A DNA stretch of 64,000 nucleotides, from assembly GCF_001447785.1 (NCBI RefSeq), contig NW_015168052.1:249736-313735 (forward strand), written 5' to 3'. The notes under the pieces were generated by a model. It was not told the origin of the DNA, did not search any database, and saw nothing but the letters and a program-made list of their open reading frames with translations. Numbering within the stretch: position 1 is the first letter of the stretch; the number at the start of each line of letters is the position of its first letter. The position numbers and the translations under genes are program-made. This DNA comes from Gekko japonicus (taxonomy: Eukaryota). Of this stretch, positions 12,530 to 24,890 are shown piece after piece.

Positions 12530-12710
12530 CAGGTGGTGAAAAATGCTATCAAAATGCAGAAGACTTATGGTGACCCAATAGCATTTTCAAGGCATAAGAC
12601 GAACGGAGGTGATTTGTCATCGCCTTCCTCTGAATAGCAACCCTGACTTTCTTGGTGGTCTCCCATCCAAGTAGTATCTAGAAGTATTTAGGACCAATCC
12701 TCCTTAGCTT
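12530..12710 (-). mobile_element. 5S rRNA-headed SINE with RTE/BovB-like tail
   Basis: GGTGGTCTCCCATCCAAGTA is antisense to the 5S internal promoter region; related copies at 40.7 and 54.9 kb. Confidence 0.65.
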
Positions 12711-13577
12711 TTGTGCTTTGGTGTTGCAGAAACTAGAACACAAACTCAAAAGCAAAGCACTAAGCTACTGATCACTGATTATGGCGTGGCATTTCTCCCA
12801 GAGAAATAAGCACAAGACAGCTGAAACAAAGAAAGGTCCTTGCAGATTTCCCTGGGTTTCCTGTTCAGTTCCAAGCTCCTCATCTTGCCCAGAGTGAGCT
12901 GAATCTTTTAACTTTTCCTCCCCAACTGAGAGAGGTTCCATTGGACTGGTCCTGGTATGGGGGCTGGGTCTTCCTCATCTCCCACCAAGTGTGCATATAA
13001 CCAATGATAACATGTTGCATTCTCTTGGTTTTTAGGCCCCAGGCTAGAATATTAAAAGGAATCTATCTTGCCTTTTCCAGGCAGTGTAGCAAATGATTCC
13101 CCACCTTTGATCATAATCCTAAATGGAGGTCCTTTCCTTCCTGCATGTAGTAAGAGGATTTTATAGCCTGGATTCCACATGAATGGGTGTTTTCTCTGAG
13201 GTCACTGGGTTACTTCTATGTTATTCAGAGTACCCTGTGTTCCCCTGTAATAATAAACCCACCACAGGAAAAAGTCTGTAACCTCACTGATGTTGTCTGG
13301 ACAGTTCGAAGCAGGCCTTGGTTGGGGCCAGAGCACTTAGGAGCAGCGCTCTGGGAGTGAAGAGTCTGGGGGGCGGGGACTTGACCAAGCCCCGCCCCCT
13401 TCTCCCAACAGAGAGCATGAGGAGTCGGATGAGGAGGAAGCAGAAGAAGGTAAGTTGTCTGCCTCCCACCCCATCCCTGGCTTCCTCTGGAGCACCCCCA
13501 CCACCTTTCTCTGCCCTCCCATCGAGGCGGACGGGCAGAAAAAGGCCTCCCGAGCGCCCCCCCCCCCGCCTTTCTCT

Positions 13578-13867
13578 GCCAGTTTGGTGTAGTGGTTAAG
13601 TGCGCGGACTCTAATCTGGAAGAACCGGGTTTGATTCCCCACTCCTCCACTTGCACCTGGCTGGATGACCTTGGCAAGCCATAACTCTGGCACAGCTGTT
13701 CTTGAAAAAGAGCAGTTTCTGTCAAGAGTTCTGTCAGCCCCACCTACCTCACAAGGTGTCTGTTGTGGGGAGGGGAAGGGAAAGGAGTTTGTAAGCCGCT
13801 CTAAGACACCTTTGGGTAGTGAAGGGTGGGGTATAAATCAAATCTCTTCTTCTTCTTCTTCTTCTTC
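13578..13867 (+). mobile_element. Squam3-like SINE inserted in a hairpin repeat unit
   Basis: Full copy with (TTC)n tail; TTCTCTGCC duplicated at both ends. Confidence 0.9.
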
Positions 13868-14150
13868 TCTGCCCACCCGTCGAGGTGGACGGGCAGAGAA
13901 AGCCCTCCGGAGCGCCCCCCCGGCCTTTAATGGTATTTTTGGGATACCCCTACACAAAAACCCCAAGGAGAAAGCCCTCCGGAGCGCCCTCCACCTTTCT
14001 CTGTCCACGCGTCGAGGTAGACAGGCAGAGAAAGCCCTCTAGAGCACCCCCCTGCCTTTAATGGTACGTTTGGGATACCCCAACATGAAACCCCCAAGGC
14101 TTTATAAGGATCCGTGCTTTACATTCATGTTTTTGCTGAACACAAGCATA

Positions 14151-14930
14151 CATGAGGATCCATGCTCCAGAACCATGTTTTGGCAGCACGGTGTAACCAC
14201 GAAGCCATGGACATGTGATTTCTGTGCTGCATTCTGTGGCCATGGACAAGGTATGTAATTTGATGGTGATGTTGGGGTGACCCAATGCAAGAATCATAAA
14301 AATACATGAGGATCTGTGCTTCGGAACCAAGTTTCTGCAGCATGGTGTTGCCACAGAGCTGTGGCACCGTGATTTCTGTGGTGCAGGCTGTGGCCATGGA
14401 CATGAGATGGGATTTCATGGTATGTTTGGGATGTCACAACACAAGAAACCCAAGCATTCATGAGGATCCATGCTTCGGAATCATGTTTTTGCAGAATGGT
14501 GTCACCACGAAGTCGTGGATCTGTGATTTTGTGGTGCAAGCTGTGGCTGTGGACGTGTTATGATTTGATGGTGTATTCGGAGTGACCCAACTGAAAAACC
14601 CTGAGGATCCATGAGGATCCGTGATTTGAAACCATGTTTTTGCTGTTTAGTGGTGCCACCTATTCATGGGGGGCATGATTTTTGGAGTGCCGCCTATAGT
14701 CTAAGACATGGTCTGCAGTATGATGGTGGTTTTATTTCATTTCAGCATAAAAATCATATGAATTCATGAAGATTCATGCTTTGGAATCATGTTTTTGCGC
14801 TGTTGTGGTGCCACGAATCTGCGGATGAGTGATTTTTGTGGTGCCCCCTATAGACTAACACATGGCCTACAATATGATGGTGGTTTTATTTTGTTTCAAT
14901 GTAAAAATCATATGAATTCATGAGGATCCA
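14151..14930. repeat. Tandem array of ~154-bp units (5 units)
   Basis: CATGA(G/A)GAT anchor at 14151, 14305, 14459, 14610, 14765, 14919. Confidence 0.9.
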
Positions 14931-15431
14931 TGTAGAGCCGACTTTTACCCAGACCCGAGTGGTTACACTGTTCATTACGAAAATTGCATATTACTTGCTC
15001 TCTGTGTTCTCTTTACTTTAGTTTCTTCTTAATGAACTCAAACCACTAATAAATGACTTGTTGGACTTTAAGGAAACTTGCCATTTGGGCACAGTTGACC
15101 TCCAAGTAGAGCCAGTGTGGTGTAGTTGTTAGAGCAGGGGTGTCAAACATGTGGCCAGTGAGCAACTGGCTCCCTTTTGCTTCCTTCTCTGGAGCTGCTG
15201 CTGCATCACAGCTCATTTTTGCCCAGCCACCTCTGCTGCTTCCTGCTTCCTTCGAAGCCTCCTTCCTGTTTCCTTCCAAGCCAAACTTCCCTTTCCTCCA
15301 TTGACTGAGTGGGAGGGGAAGGCAAAGAGAGTGAGAGAGCCCCACCCAGGAGAGAGAGCAAGCAAAGTCTGGGTCCTGTGGCTCCATTAAGAACAGCAAC
15401 ATTTTATTTCAAGTATAAATTTTCATACACT

Positions 15432-15805
15432 CAGGGGTCATTTCCTGCAGGAGCGCACAGGAGCGTAGCTCCGGCAGTAAAGAGTCCAGGGGGCGGGCAC
15501 ATGCAACAAGCCCCACCCCCTGCTCCCAGCAGCCCTCAGTCAGAGCAAGAAGCAGCCAGGTTAGTTGCAGAGTCCCCCAGTCCCCTGGTCCAAAACAGTC
15601 CAGTGGCACCTTTAAGACCAAGTTTTATTCAGTTACAAGCTCTCCCTCCTCTGTAAGGACAGATGCAAGGACAAAACAATCCAGTGAAGCTTGAGCGGTG
15701 GGTGTTGCCTTCTGACACACGTCCGGTGACGTCAGGGGGTGTGGTATATGCAAATAAGTTATGCTAATGAGCTCCTGCACCTCTTTTTCTACGAAATGAC
15801 CCCTG
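15432..15805. mobile_element. Nested hAT MITE
   Basis: Perfect 13-bp TIR CAGGGGTCATTTC / GAAATGACCCCTG; TSD CATACACT / CCTACACT. Confidence 0.9.
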
Positions 15806-15823
15806 CCTACACTACTTCAGAGA

Positions 15824-15885
15824 AAGGAAGGAAGGAAGGAAGGAAGGAAGGAAGGAAGGAAGGAAGGAAGGAAGGAAGGAAGGAA
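15824..15885. repeat. (GGAA)n microsatellite
   Basis: Direct reading. Confidence 0.95.
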
Positions 15886-16254
15886 GTTTCATTTTCTTTT
15901 TAAAAGTCCCTGATTAAGAATTAGAACACTTGGATTGGCTTTCATTGTTTAATAATCCAATTCCATTGGATTCCATTGTTTAATAATGGAAGTAGATGGC
16001 TAAGTATTTAAAATACATTTATGGTTCCATAAGTTCCAGTTCAACATGTCTCCCTTTCTCCCCTCCCACTTTGCTTGGCTGCCTTTCTTCACTCCCCCTT
16101 TGCTTTCATTATCATCCCCAGTGCTTGAGTGGACTTTGTCCCGTTTGAAATCAACACATTATTTCACTTGGAGAGATCCCCCTCTTTAGTTTAAGCAGAT
16201 GAAGAAAGAAAAGGGGGGAAAAAGAAACCTACCAGTACAGCTTGCAAGCTTTAT

Positions 16255-16790
16255 TAGTGGAAAGGAGAAAGAGTTCAGTAGCACCTAACAAAATTTGTGG
16301 CAGGGCATGAGGTTTCGTGAATCACTGTTCACTTCTTCAGATACAGCTAGAATGTGAGTCTATTGAACCTTATATCTTGAAGAGTGATTTCAGATGCAAA
16401 ATGACATTAGCAAGCATTAGTAATGAGACAGGAAACCTAGATCTCAATTCAGCCCTGGAGGATGCATTGAGCTCCATTAGCAGTTGCAATTTAGCAGTCT
16501 TTCTCATCTCAGTTTGAAATTCCTTTGTAAGAAAACTGCTACTCTTAGGTCAGCAATGTCCTGGAAGATTAAATGTTCCCCCACTGGTTTTTGAATGTTG
16601 TGGTTTCTAATGTCAGACTTATGTCCATTTATTCTTTGCATCCTCCTGGACTGAATCCTCCTGGACCGAACTGAGACCTAGGTTTCCTGTCTCATTACCA
16701 ATGCTGGTATCTCCACACCTACTACCCCTCTGCATATCACACCTAATCCAATCAAGCTTGCTGTTGTCATTCACCTGCTATTGCCATTTG
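16255..16790 (-). mobile_element. Penelope-like element fragment (GIY-YIG endonuclease remnant plus terminal repeat)
   Basis: Minus strand reads RINGHKSDIRNHNIQKPVGEH.NLPGH; terminal repeat shared with 33.1 and 57.2 kb. Confidence 0.85.
16304..16344 (-). ncRNA. Minimal type I hammerhead ribozyme motif (Penelope-associated, probably decayed)
   Basis: GUAU-CUGAAGA-A-GUGAA-CAGUGA-UUCAC-GAAA-CC-UC-AUGC: catalytic boxes with stems I and II present. Confidence 0.6.
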
Positions 16791-17261
16791 GCATCCGAAA
16801 TCACCTTTATAAAGTTTATATATCTGGCACCTTGTGTTACGTTTCATGGTATGCATGGCCCATCCCGACAAAGTGACATTTATGTTAGATCCAGCCCACA
16901 TAACAAATGAGTTCGACACTTCTGGGTTAGAGACTCAGAAAAGGGCCTAGGAGACCCAGGTTTGAGTACCCATTCTGCCAAGGAAGCTCACAGGTTTATC
17001 TTGAGCCAGTCACACTCTCTCAGCCTAAACTACCTCACAAGAGTTGTTGTGAAGATGAAATGTTGGGTAAGAGAACAGTAGAAGCCACTTTGGGTCCTCA
17101 GTGGGAAGAGAAAAAAATAAATAATAATGACCAACCGTGGATTTGTTGTTACAAGAATTAGTCTGGGAAATCTGCATGTCTATATTTTGCCCCCCCCCCC
17201 TCCATACTCAATTTACACTTTGGAAATGGTTATTTTGGCTTGCATGACAAGTCAACATTAT

Positions 17262-17835
17262 GTGTGTGTGTGTGTGTGTGTGTGTGTTAAGTGCCATCAA
17301 GTCGCTTCTGACTTACAGTGACCCTATGAATTAACATTCTCCAAAACGTCCTGCCATTAACAGCCTTGCTCAAGTCTTACAAACTGAGGGCCGTGACTTC
17401 CTTAATGGAGTCAATCCATCTCATGTTGGGTCTTCCTCTTTTCCTGCTGTCTTCAACTTTCCCTAGCATTATTGTCTTTTCCAGTGACTTTTGTCTTTTC
17501 ATAATGTGACCAAAGTACGATAGCCTCAGCTTAGTCATTTTAGCTTCTAGGGAGAGTTCAGGCTTGATTTAATTTAGAACCATCTTTTTTGTCTTTTTAG
17601 CGGTCCATGGTATCCATAAAACTCTCCTCCAACTCCACCTTTCAAATGAATCAACTTTCTTCCTGTCAGCTTTCTTCATTGGCCAGATTTCACATTGATA
17701 CATAGTAATGGGGAATACCATGTCCTGAATTAACTTGACCTTGGTTGCCAGCAACCCATCACTTAAGAATCTTTTCTAGCTCCTTCATGGCTGCCCTTCC
17801 TAGTCTCATGTCCTTCTGATTTCATGGTCGTAGTT
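17262..17835 (-). mobile_element. RTE/BovB-clade LINE 3' fragment
   Basis: TKVKLIQDMVFPITMYQCEIW...DSFERWSWRRVLWIPWTAK; (CA)n tail. Confidence 0.9.
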
Positions 17836-19009
17836 TCATCTAAATATAAAAATGGTTGCCTGCCCTCCTTCAAGATTTTCAGTTGCAGTTTGGAATCCCA
17901 GTTTGCAGGAAGGGGAAAAAGACAGAGCAAGTGGTTCACATGTCACTTCATAGTTTATTAGAAAGGAAGTGGAGAGAGGAAAGAGGGTGTAAACTGAGGG
18001 ATCCTTCAGGCTCAGTTCTGTAATAGTCATGCCTCAGGCTCAATTCAACTGTTACACAAACCAGAGTTTTGTTTGAGATGGGCATGAATTGGATAAACTG
18101 TTGGGCTGAGAAACCCCACTCCCAGACCTCCTCATGCCAAAATCAAAGACACATCTCTTCAAGGAAGTCATAAGGCCTTAACACACTTGCCTTGATAAAG
18201 CTTAGTTTCTTTCCCAGTAAATCAGCTTCTTCACCACAGTTTAACCCTAATTATGAATCCCAATGCTGGGAATGAAAGTTACTTCAGTTTATTAGGACAT
18301 CTGCATTCAAACTGCATGAATAACTGGAGGTGCCTGAAATTTTCTTTCAGTCTTCAGCCCAGATATATCATGCAAGGGGATGAGGGAAGAGGAAGAATGG
18401 GAAACACATGAATCTAACAACCAGGCTCATGCCCATTAAGCAAGCCTCAGTGTATTTGTGACATCTGAATTGAGATTTAGAACCTGTGTAACTGAAATAC
18501 TTGAACAGCTGTCTGGATTAGTCCAAGAGGACTTGATCCGTAAAACGAAAGGGACACATTGACTATCTTTTCAAGTCCCTTAGTAGATATTTATCTAAGT
18601 TGATCAATCACTGGAGAAGAACATGGGACTGGCAGAGATAATTTAGGCAGGAGATGACTGGCTGTACAATTCTATGACTTGCGCTTATAAGCTAAAGACT
18701 CTTTCCAAAAAACAGGGACTTTCCCCTCAGAGTCAGGGTTTTAATTACTGGAGCTGAGCAACTATTTCTTCAGTTCAGAATTCCTCCCACCACCACCCCA
18801 CCCCACCCCACCCCACCCCAATGAGCTTAAAATTTGGGCTGGCAACCTCCACTTAGTATATGTTCTAAAATCATCATCAAATTCCACCTAAAGTGACATT
18901 TCAAGGCAAACCTGAAGCTTTCCCCCCCTCTTCCCTCAGGCAAGGGGAGGAAATGAAGTTTTGATAAGCTGTGACATTTCTCAAAGGGACTTTATCTGTC
19001 ATCACACTG

Positions 19010-19170
19010 TGTTCCCTTTGGCATGCACCACACCACTAAGGGTCTCTTCAGCACTAGTTATCCTGCATTCCACAGTGTTTATAACTGTTCCGTCTAGTAT
19101 GTTTCTGGAATCCTTCCTGGGCACACACATAAGGAAGTATGCCTCTAGATTTGAAATCTACATGGATTCC
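19010..19170 (+). repeat. 161-bp exact duplicate of 21802-21962
   Basis: Base-by-base identity by eye. Confidence 0.9.
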
Positions 19171-19559
19171 CCCCCCCCCAACACGGAACTATCCATTAGG
19201 AGGTGCTGAAATGAATCTGTAATCCTGATCATATGAAGCTGCAGTCAGATCACTGGTTTGGGCAAATCTCGGGCAGAGACACTTCTAAAGCTCTGCTACC
19301 CTTTCCTTTCATTTAAACAGAGATGCCAGGGATGCAGTCTAGAAATATCTAATGCACCATTGAGCCATGGACTCTCCTGTGAAAGGATGTTCCATTCCCC
19401 TATATGTGGATGAAAGCAATATCAAGTGTCTGTGCATGGGGGCAGTGGGGGGTCCAGTAAACAGAAAGACTGGGGAAAATGTATCAGTCTCCTGAGGCCA
19501 AAAGAAACAATCCTCCAGTGCTACCCAACCCCTCACTTTGCACACCCATAAGACATAAG

Positions 19560-19945
19560 ACAGATGCTGAAAAATAGATTCATTTGAACTATGGTGCTGA
19601 AGAAGACTCTTGAGAGTCCCTTGGACTGCAAGAAGATCAAATCAGTCAATCCTAAAAGAAATCAACCCTGACTGTTCCCTGGAAGGCCAGATAATGAAAC
19701 TGAAGCGCAAATACTTTGGCCACCAAATGAGAAGGGAGCACTCACTGGAGAAGACCCTGATGCTGGGAAGGTCAAAGAAGACGGGGACGGCAAAGGATGA
19801 GATGGTTAGACAGTGTCATAGATGCAACGAACATGAAGTTGAGCCAACTTCAGAGGACGGCGGAAGACTGGAAGGCCTGGCATGATCTGGTCCATGGGGT
19901 CACGAAGAGTCAGACTCAACTGTGCGACTGAACAACAACAACAAG
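19560..19945 (+). mobile_element. RTE-BovB LINE 3' fragment
   Basis: RVPWTARRSNQSILKEINPDCSLEGQIMKLK.KYFGH...SLEKTLMLG; (CAA)n tail. Confidence 0.92.
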
Positions 19946-20838
19946 ACACAAGGGTGTTAAAATGGAGACAGTGCTTTAACATCAATCTCTGCTGGCACTG
20001 TATTCAGCCTCTTTGATGAGGCTGTAGTTGTTGAAAAGGCAATGTGTTTTTGGAACCTGTACACAGAGATCTCCCCCCCCCCCCATATGTGAAGGTCAAT
20101 AAACATCCCTTGAACAAAGATAAACACAGTTAAGATTCTCTTGGCCAATATATTACATTTTAGACAAAGGTTCATGATTAACCTGTGCTAACCCAGTCTT
20201 CAACCAAGAAACAACAAGGGCAATAAAACCAAGCTGCCTAAATTTACTGTACAAAGAGAAAGCACATTACCCACGCCAGGGGGAAGCTACCTGCAGCCAG
20301 TCCTAAAGCCCCCTGCCACTTTCCTAATAGAGGTTATTTGTAGTCATAACCATTCCAACCCACAGAGTTATGACTGTGTCAGCACATTCTATTATAAATG
20401 TATTTCATCTCTGAAGCCACTGCAGCCAAGAGGTTTAGAGAACAAGATCGGCAAATGTGACCCTTGGACAAACCCCCCAAACTCTCCTGCCATTCCACAC
20501 AAGCAGCCCAAGATTCCTGCTCCAAACTGTCACCCAAAACCTCTCTACCTTGAGGGGTTTGAAAAACTCATGAGTAGGAGGCGGGGGGGAGGCAGGACAG
20601 AGGCTAGCCAGCAGGCTCTGGTGGCATGTCAGTGGACAGCAGTAAACCAACAAATTAACTTTCACTGCTTCTGTCTCCAAAGCCTAAACATAGTGAAAAA
20701 TAGGGCCATGCTACCCACCCTCAAATCCTGCATGAGACATTCTCAAAAAAAGCTTGGCTACCAATGCTAGTGGGCCCTACCCCTAACAATCACAGCTGCC
20801 TCACTAAATGGCAAAGATGTTGTTCACCCCTCCCCAGG

Positions 20839-21164
20839 ACAGGGTTCCCCAAACTTTTTAAGCCGGTGGAAGCCTCTGGAATTCTGATACAGGGTGGTGG
20901 GTGCAACCACAAAATGGCTGCTGAAGGAGGCAGAGCCACACACAGAGAGAAAGCAAAAGCGCAGGGGAGAAGTGGTGTAATTTAAAACATACACTGGGAA
21001 ACAGAAGCGAAAGAATAAAACCAACACTGGGGACAGCTGTAGAAACAGCATTATTTTAATCTGCACAGCCAATCAGATCTCCAGTGACAATTCAGAAGCC
21101 CACTTTCCAAAACACTTCATAGGTGGCAGGAAAGGTGTCAGTGGGCACCATGTTGGAGACCCAT
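20839..21164. mobile_element. Old hAT-like MITE
   Basis: CAGGGTTCCCCAAAC / GTTGGAGACCCATG degenerate TIRs; TSD not recognisable. Confidence 0.5.
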
Positions 21165-21589
21165 GCTCTGGCAGATCATTTCTTAAAAATGCTTCCTCAG
21201 GACACCTTAGAGGCAATCAGCACCTCTCAATTTACAAAGATAAGCCCATTCATTCTGCAAAAGTGAAATTATTTGCCCCCAGATTCACCTGGTTTCCCAG
21301 TTCTTAATGAATTTTGAATCAGTCGATCTGGGCAATGCCACATCTGCCTGGAGGAGCACATCATCCAAGCTGGCAATTACCTATGTTTGTCTTTAGCTTT
21401 GTAATGGGAATGCTGCTAATAATGTTTGCTCATGGACTCCATCAGTGGCCAGCCAACCTTCAGAAGAAAAGCGAGAGAAAAGGCTCATCTTATAAGCTTG
21501 CCTGGACAACTCTCACCTGGTCCCACCTTCTCCAGCTCTGTCAACAGCCAGTCCTTGTCAAAAAGATAAAGGAAAGAGGCCCCTTCCAT

Positions 21590-21921
21590 TAGGTAGCGTC
21601 TAGAATATCAGTTGTAATTATGTTATCAACTACTACAATGACATTTAGCTTAGAACCAATAAGATGAGGGCCTGAGACATAGTTTAATTGGTTAAAGGGT
21701 CTGGCGGGATAATATAAATGGCCTGCCTCAGATCCAAAAGTCATGCCTTTGCAAGTCACTCGGGTGAGTTGTGTGGTGGCCACTTTGAGCCCTGGCCAAG
21801 TTGTTCCCTTTGGCATGCACCACACCACTAAGGGTCTCTTCAGCACTAGTTATCCTGCATTCCACAGTGTTTATAACTGTTCCGTCTAGTATGTTTCTGG
21901 AATCCTTCCTGGGCACACACA
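21590..21921 (+). mobile_element. Possible solo LTR
   Basis: CCAAT box ~21656, ATTGG, TATAAA ~21713, CA end at ~21921; 5' boundary uncertain. Confidence 0.4.
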
Positions 21922-21964
21922 TAAGGAAGTATGCCTCTAGATTTGAAATCTACATGGATTCCTC

Positions 21965-22100
21965 CCCCCCTCAAAGAACATTAACAGGTTAGTGAGACAA
22001 GATCTTCCCTTACAGAACCCATGCTGAGTCTCCCTCAATAGGTTTTGTTCATCTATGTGCCTACTAATTCTTTCTTTAATAATGGTTTCCACCAATTTAA
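21965..22100 (-). mobile_element. CR1 RT fragment
   Basis: QHGFCKGRSCLTNLL motif. Confidence 0.85.
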
Positions 22101-24687
22101 GCACTAGGAGGAAAAGGGGGGGGCACAATACTGCCAATATTTTATGTCACTGCCCTTCTATGACACTCAAGGAACTGACCCAATGTCCATGGTATTTACC
22201 ATAGAGTTTCAGGTACTCTTAAGACTGTTGTGGAGAGGCAATCTAAACATCAGCAATGCTTTCCTCTCCCAGGCCCTGCCCTCTAACAGCTCCCAGGCAA
22301 GTGGGCGCAAGCCTGGCATCCCTAGCCCCAAGTAAATTGTGTGGCATCAGTTTGTTCAGTAGTCACCACTGGACCTGGGTAGTTGACCAAACTTCATGGT
22401 AGCAGGCTGCTTAGCAGGAGCTGCCGGGCCTGGCCACACTGAGTCCTCTGTCTAGGGCAAGAGGGCAGGGAACAGAGGTGGCCAAAATAGTCCTGGAAAC
22501 GGCATGCCTTTTACTGTCAGAAACCAAGGTTTGAAGGCTGGGAATGTTGTTGTGGTTGCCTAGCAACACTAAGATCTCAAGAGGACATTCATTTCCTAAA
22601 GCATGCATTTTTCTGAAAACCTGGGGCTGTTCTCAGGGTTTCCAGAAATATCTGGCTTGCCTATTAATGGCCCCATGTTTAATGGCCCTCTTTAAAGATC
22701 CACAGATGGGGCCATGTTAAGAATTAGATATATTCATACATAAGACCCCAGTGCGATAGGGCCAAGCTAAATCTGACATCAAATTCATGGCTCAATCACC
22801 TCTCCCCCCCCCATGCTGCAGCTCCAATCCAACGTTGTCCCTTGAGACCAATCTAGACTGATCTCCCACAGGAAATTTGCAACTGTGGTATAACTGCAGG
22901 ACCCCATGATGGCCACAAGTCATATTTAGTTTGGCCCAGTGTGGCTGAGATGGGTGTGGCTGAGATGGGTGGGGCAAATGCAACTAATAAACCCCTTCTT
23001 TCTCTGTTCTTGAATAAGGAGAGCAGAACAAGGATTTAGCTAGAGTCAGACAAATGGTTTCTCTTTTCAATGCTGTGTGAGCTGGCTAGCAGTAGCTCTG
23101 CAAGCTTTATGAACAAAGCTGTTCCTTGCCAGCTCTTTTGTCTGAAACCCTTCAAATGGAGATGCTGGGGACTATACCTGGGCTTTTCAACACATAAAGT
23201 ACAAGTTCTGCTGCTGAACTACATGGGTGCTCTAGCCCCACCTCTTTCATTTCTCTTGGAACGACACTGCAGAGTCCATCTGGTCCCCTTGGAACTTGGA
23301 GCATACTTCACCCAGAATACATGTTTGTCCACAGAATTCCGGAAGCCAATTTGTTGTGGTTTGTTTTCTTAAAAAGCATGAGCAAATGTTTCGGGAGACT
23401 CACCAGCCTTGGGATCCAGACCAGATTGATTTATTTTTGCTCCAAAGCAATTCAATACAGTCCTTTGGCCAATTACCCTGTATGACAGGCACACCAAGTG
23501 GCATTAACAAAACAGCTTTCCACAATGCAGAAACATGCATAATATGTTAATCGGTTTAATAGTGGTGCTACTTATAAGCCATTCTGTAGCTTCCAGCTGC
23601 GATTACTGCTCTGCCACAGTCAAGCGTTCAAGAAAATGGCCAAAATTAGCCACAGTGCAGATGAACTTTTCTCCTTCTTTCCATCAACAAAAGACCATTA
23701 AAAATCCTCTCTGAGTTCGAGCTGAGTGTTTACTGCAAGAGATTCAGCACACACAGGCCACAATTACCTACAGTGTACTAGAGATATTCCCAGTCAAATT
23801 GCAAGTAACTCTAAAGTAGCACATTTGGTAGCAGGAGAGAGTGGAGCTGTTGGGTACTTAAGTGCTACTTAAATGCAAAAGACACTGGTGACATTTTTTA
23901 AATTTGGGGTGGGGCTTTCCCCCGCCCAATCAAGCATAAACCCTAAAATGCTGTGCCCAGATGCATTTCCAAAAGGGTAGTCAGAGAGGACAGCCCAAAT
24001 ATAAAAAGTCAAAATGCTGGGCTAGGTGGGTTTTGATTCCATGAGTGGCCAGCCAATTCCCTCCAGGATTTCAGGAGTTGGGATTAAGGGGTGTGTGTGT
24101 CTTCCTCTGTGGCTCATCCCCAACATCCAATAGTCAGAGGTATTGTGCACTTGTACCTGGAGCTTCCAATAGCTACCAAAACTTGTGGCCGCTGAAAGTC
24201 CTTGCTTGTGTCGCATGATGATCACAGAACCTCCTTCTAGCTAACTCGCCGCATTGTTCAGAGTCTCTTGGATTCTTGTGGTAACTATTTCTATCGAACA
24301 TACAAAGGTGCCTTATACAGTTTTTCCATTGGACCATTTTGCTCAGGACTCTCAAGGCCTCAGGCAGAAGTCTCCCCTAACTCTGCTACCAAAATATATT
24401 TGAGAGCTAGAGATGCAAAGGGTTACTGGATCTTCTCTGTGTAAAACATGAGCTCTGTCACTCACTTGTACCATTTCTATAAAATAACCGGGGGGTATGA
24501 TAAATGGATTCCACTGAATTGTAGCATTAATGAAGCCTGGACAAGTTATAACTGAAATGGGAAAGTTGGGGTTCAAATCGTTCCAGCAGACTTGTTGCTA
24601 CCTGCATGGGGCCAACAGATTTTTCAGCCAATGTTTTCCCATCTGTCAAATGGGAATATATGGAACACGTGAAGCTGCCTTATATGA

Positions 24688-24890
24688 GAGTCAGCGCGAT
24701 GTAGTGGTTAGAATGTCAGATTAGGATCCTGGAGAGACCCCGGTTCCAGTCCCTACTCTGCCCTGGAAACTTGCTGAATGACCTTGGTCCAGGCACTCTC
24801 ACCCAGCCTAAATTACCTCACAGGGTTGGTGAGAAGATAAAATGGAAGAGGGGAGAATGGCATGGTATTAATAAGGTAAATAAATAAATG
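24688..24890 (+). mobile_element. Older Squam3-like SINE
   Basis: GAGTCAGCGCGATGTAGTGGTTAGA head; CCTCACAGGGTTG body; (AAAT)n tail. Confidence 0.75.

Larger units (their letters stand above)
13226..14970. mobile_element. Putative non-autonomous DNA transposon with hairpin repeats and 154-bp array
   Basis: Weak TIRs CAGAGTACCC / GGTTACACTG, flanked by TT on each side; internal tandem repeats. Confidence 0.45.
15135..16924. mobile_element. Non-autonomous hAT element
   Basis: TIRs CAGGGGTGTCAAAC / GTTCGACACTTCTG; 8-bp TSD TGTTAGAG / GGTTAGAG. Confidence 0.8.
15109..17125 (+). mobile_element. Older Squam3-like SINE split by a hAT insertion
   Basis: Head GAGCCAGTGTGGTGTAGTTGTTAGAG at 15109; body resumes at 16925; (AAAT)n tail. 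Confidence 0.75.

Noticed and set aside
14151-14930. CRISPR-like array
   Set aside because: Eukaryotic context; whole units are homologous, with no unique spacers or cas genes
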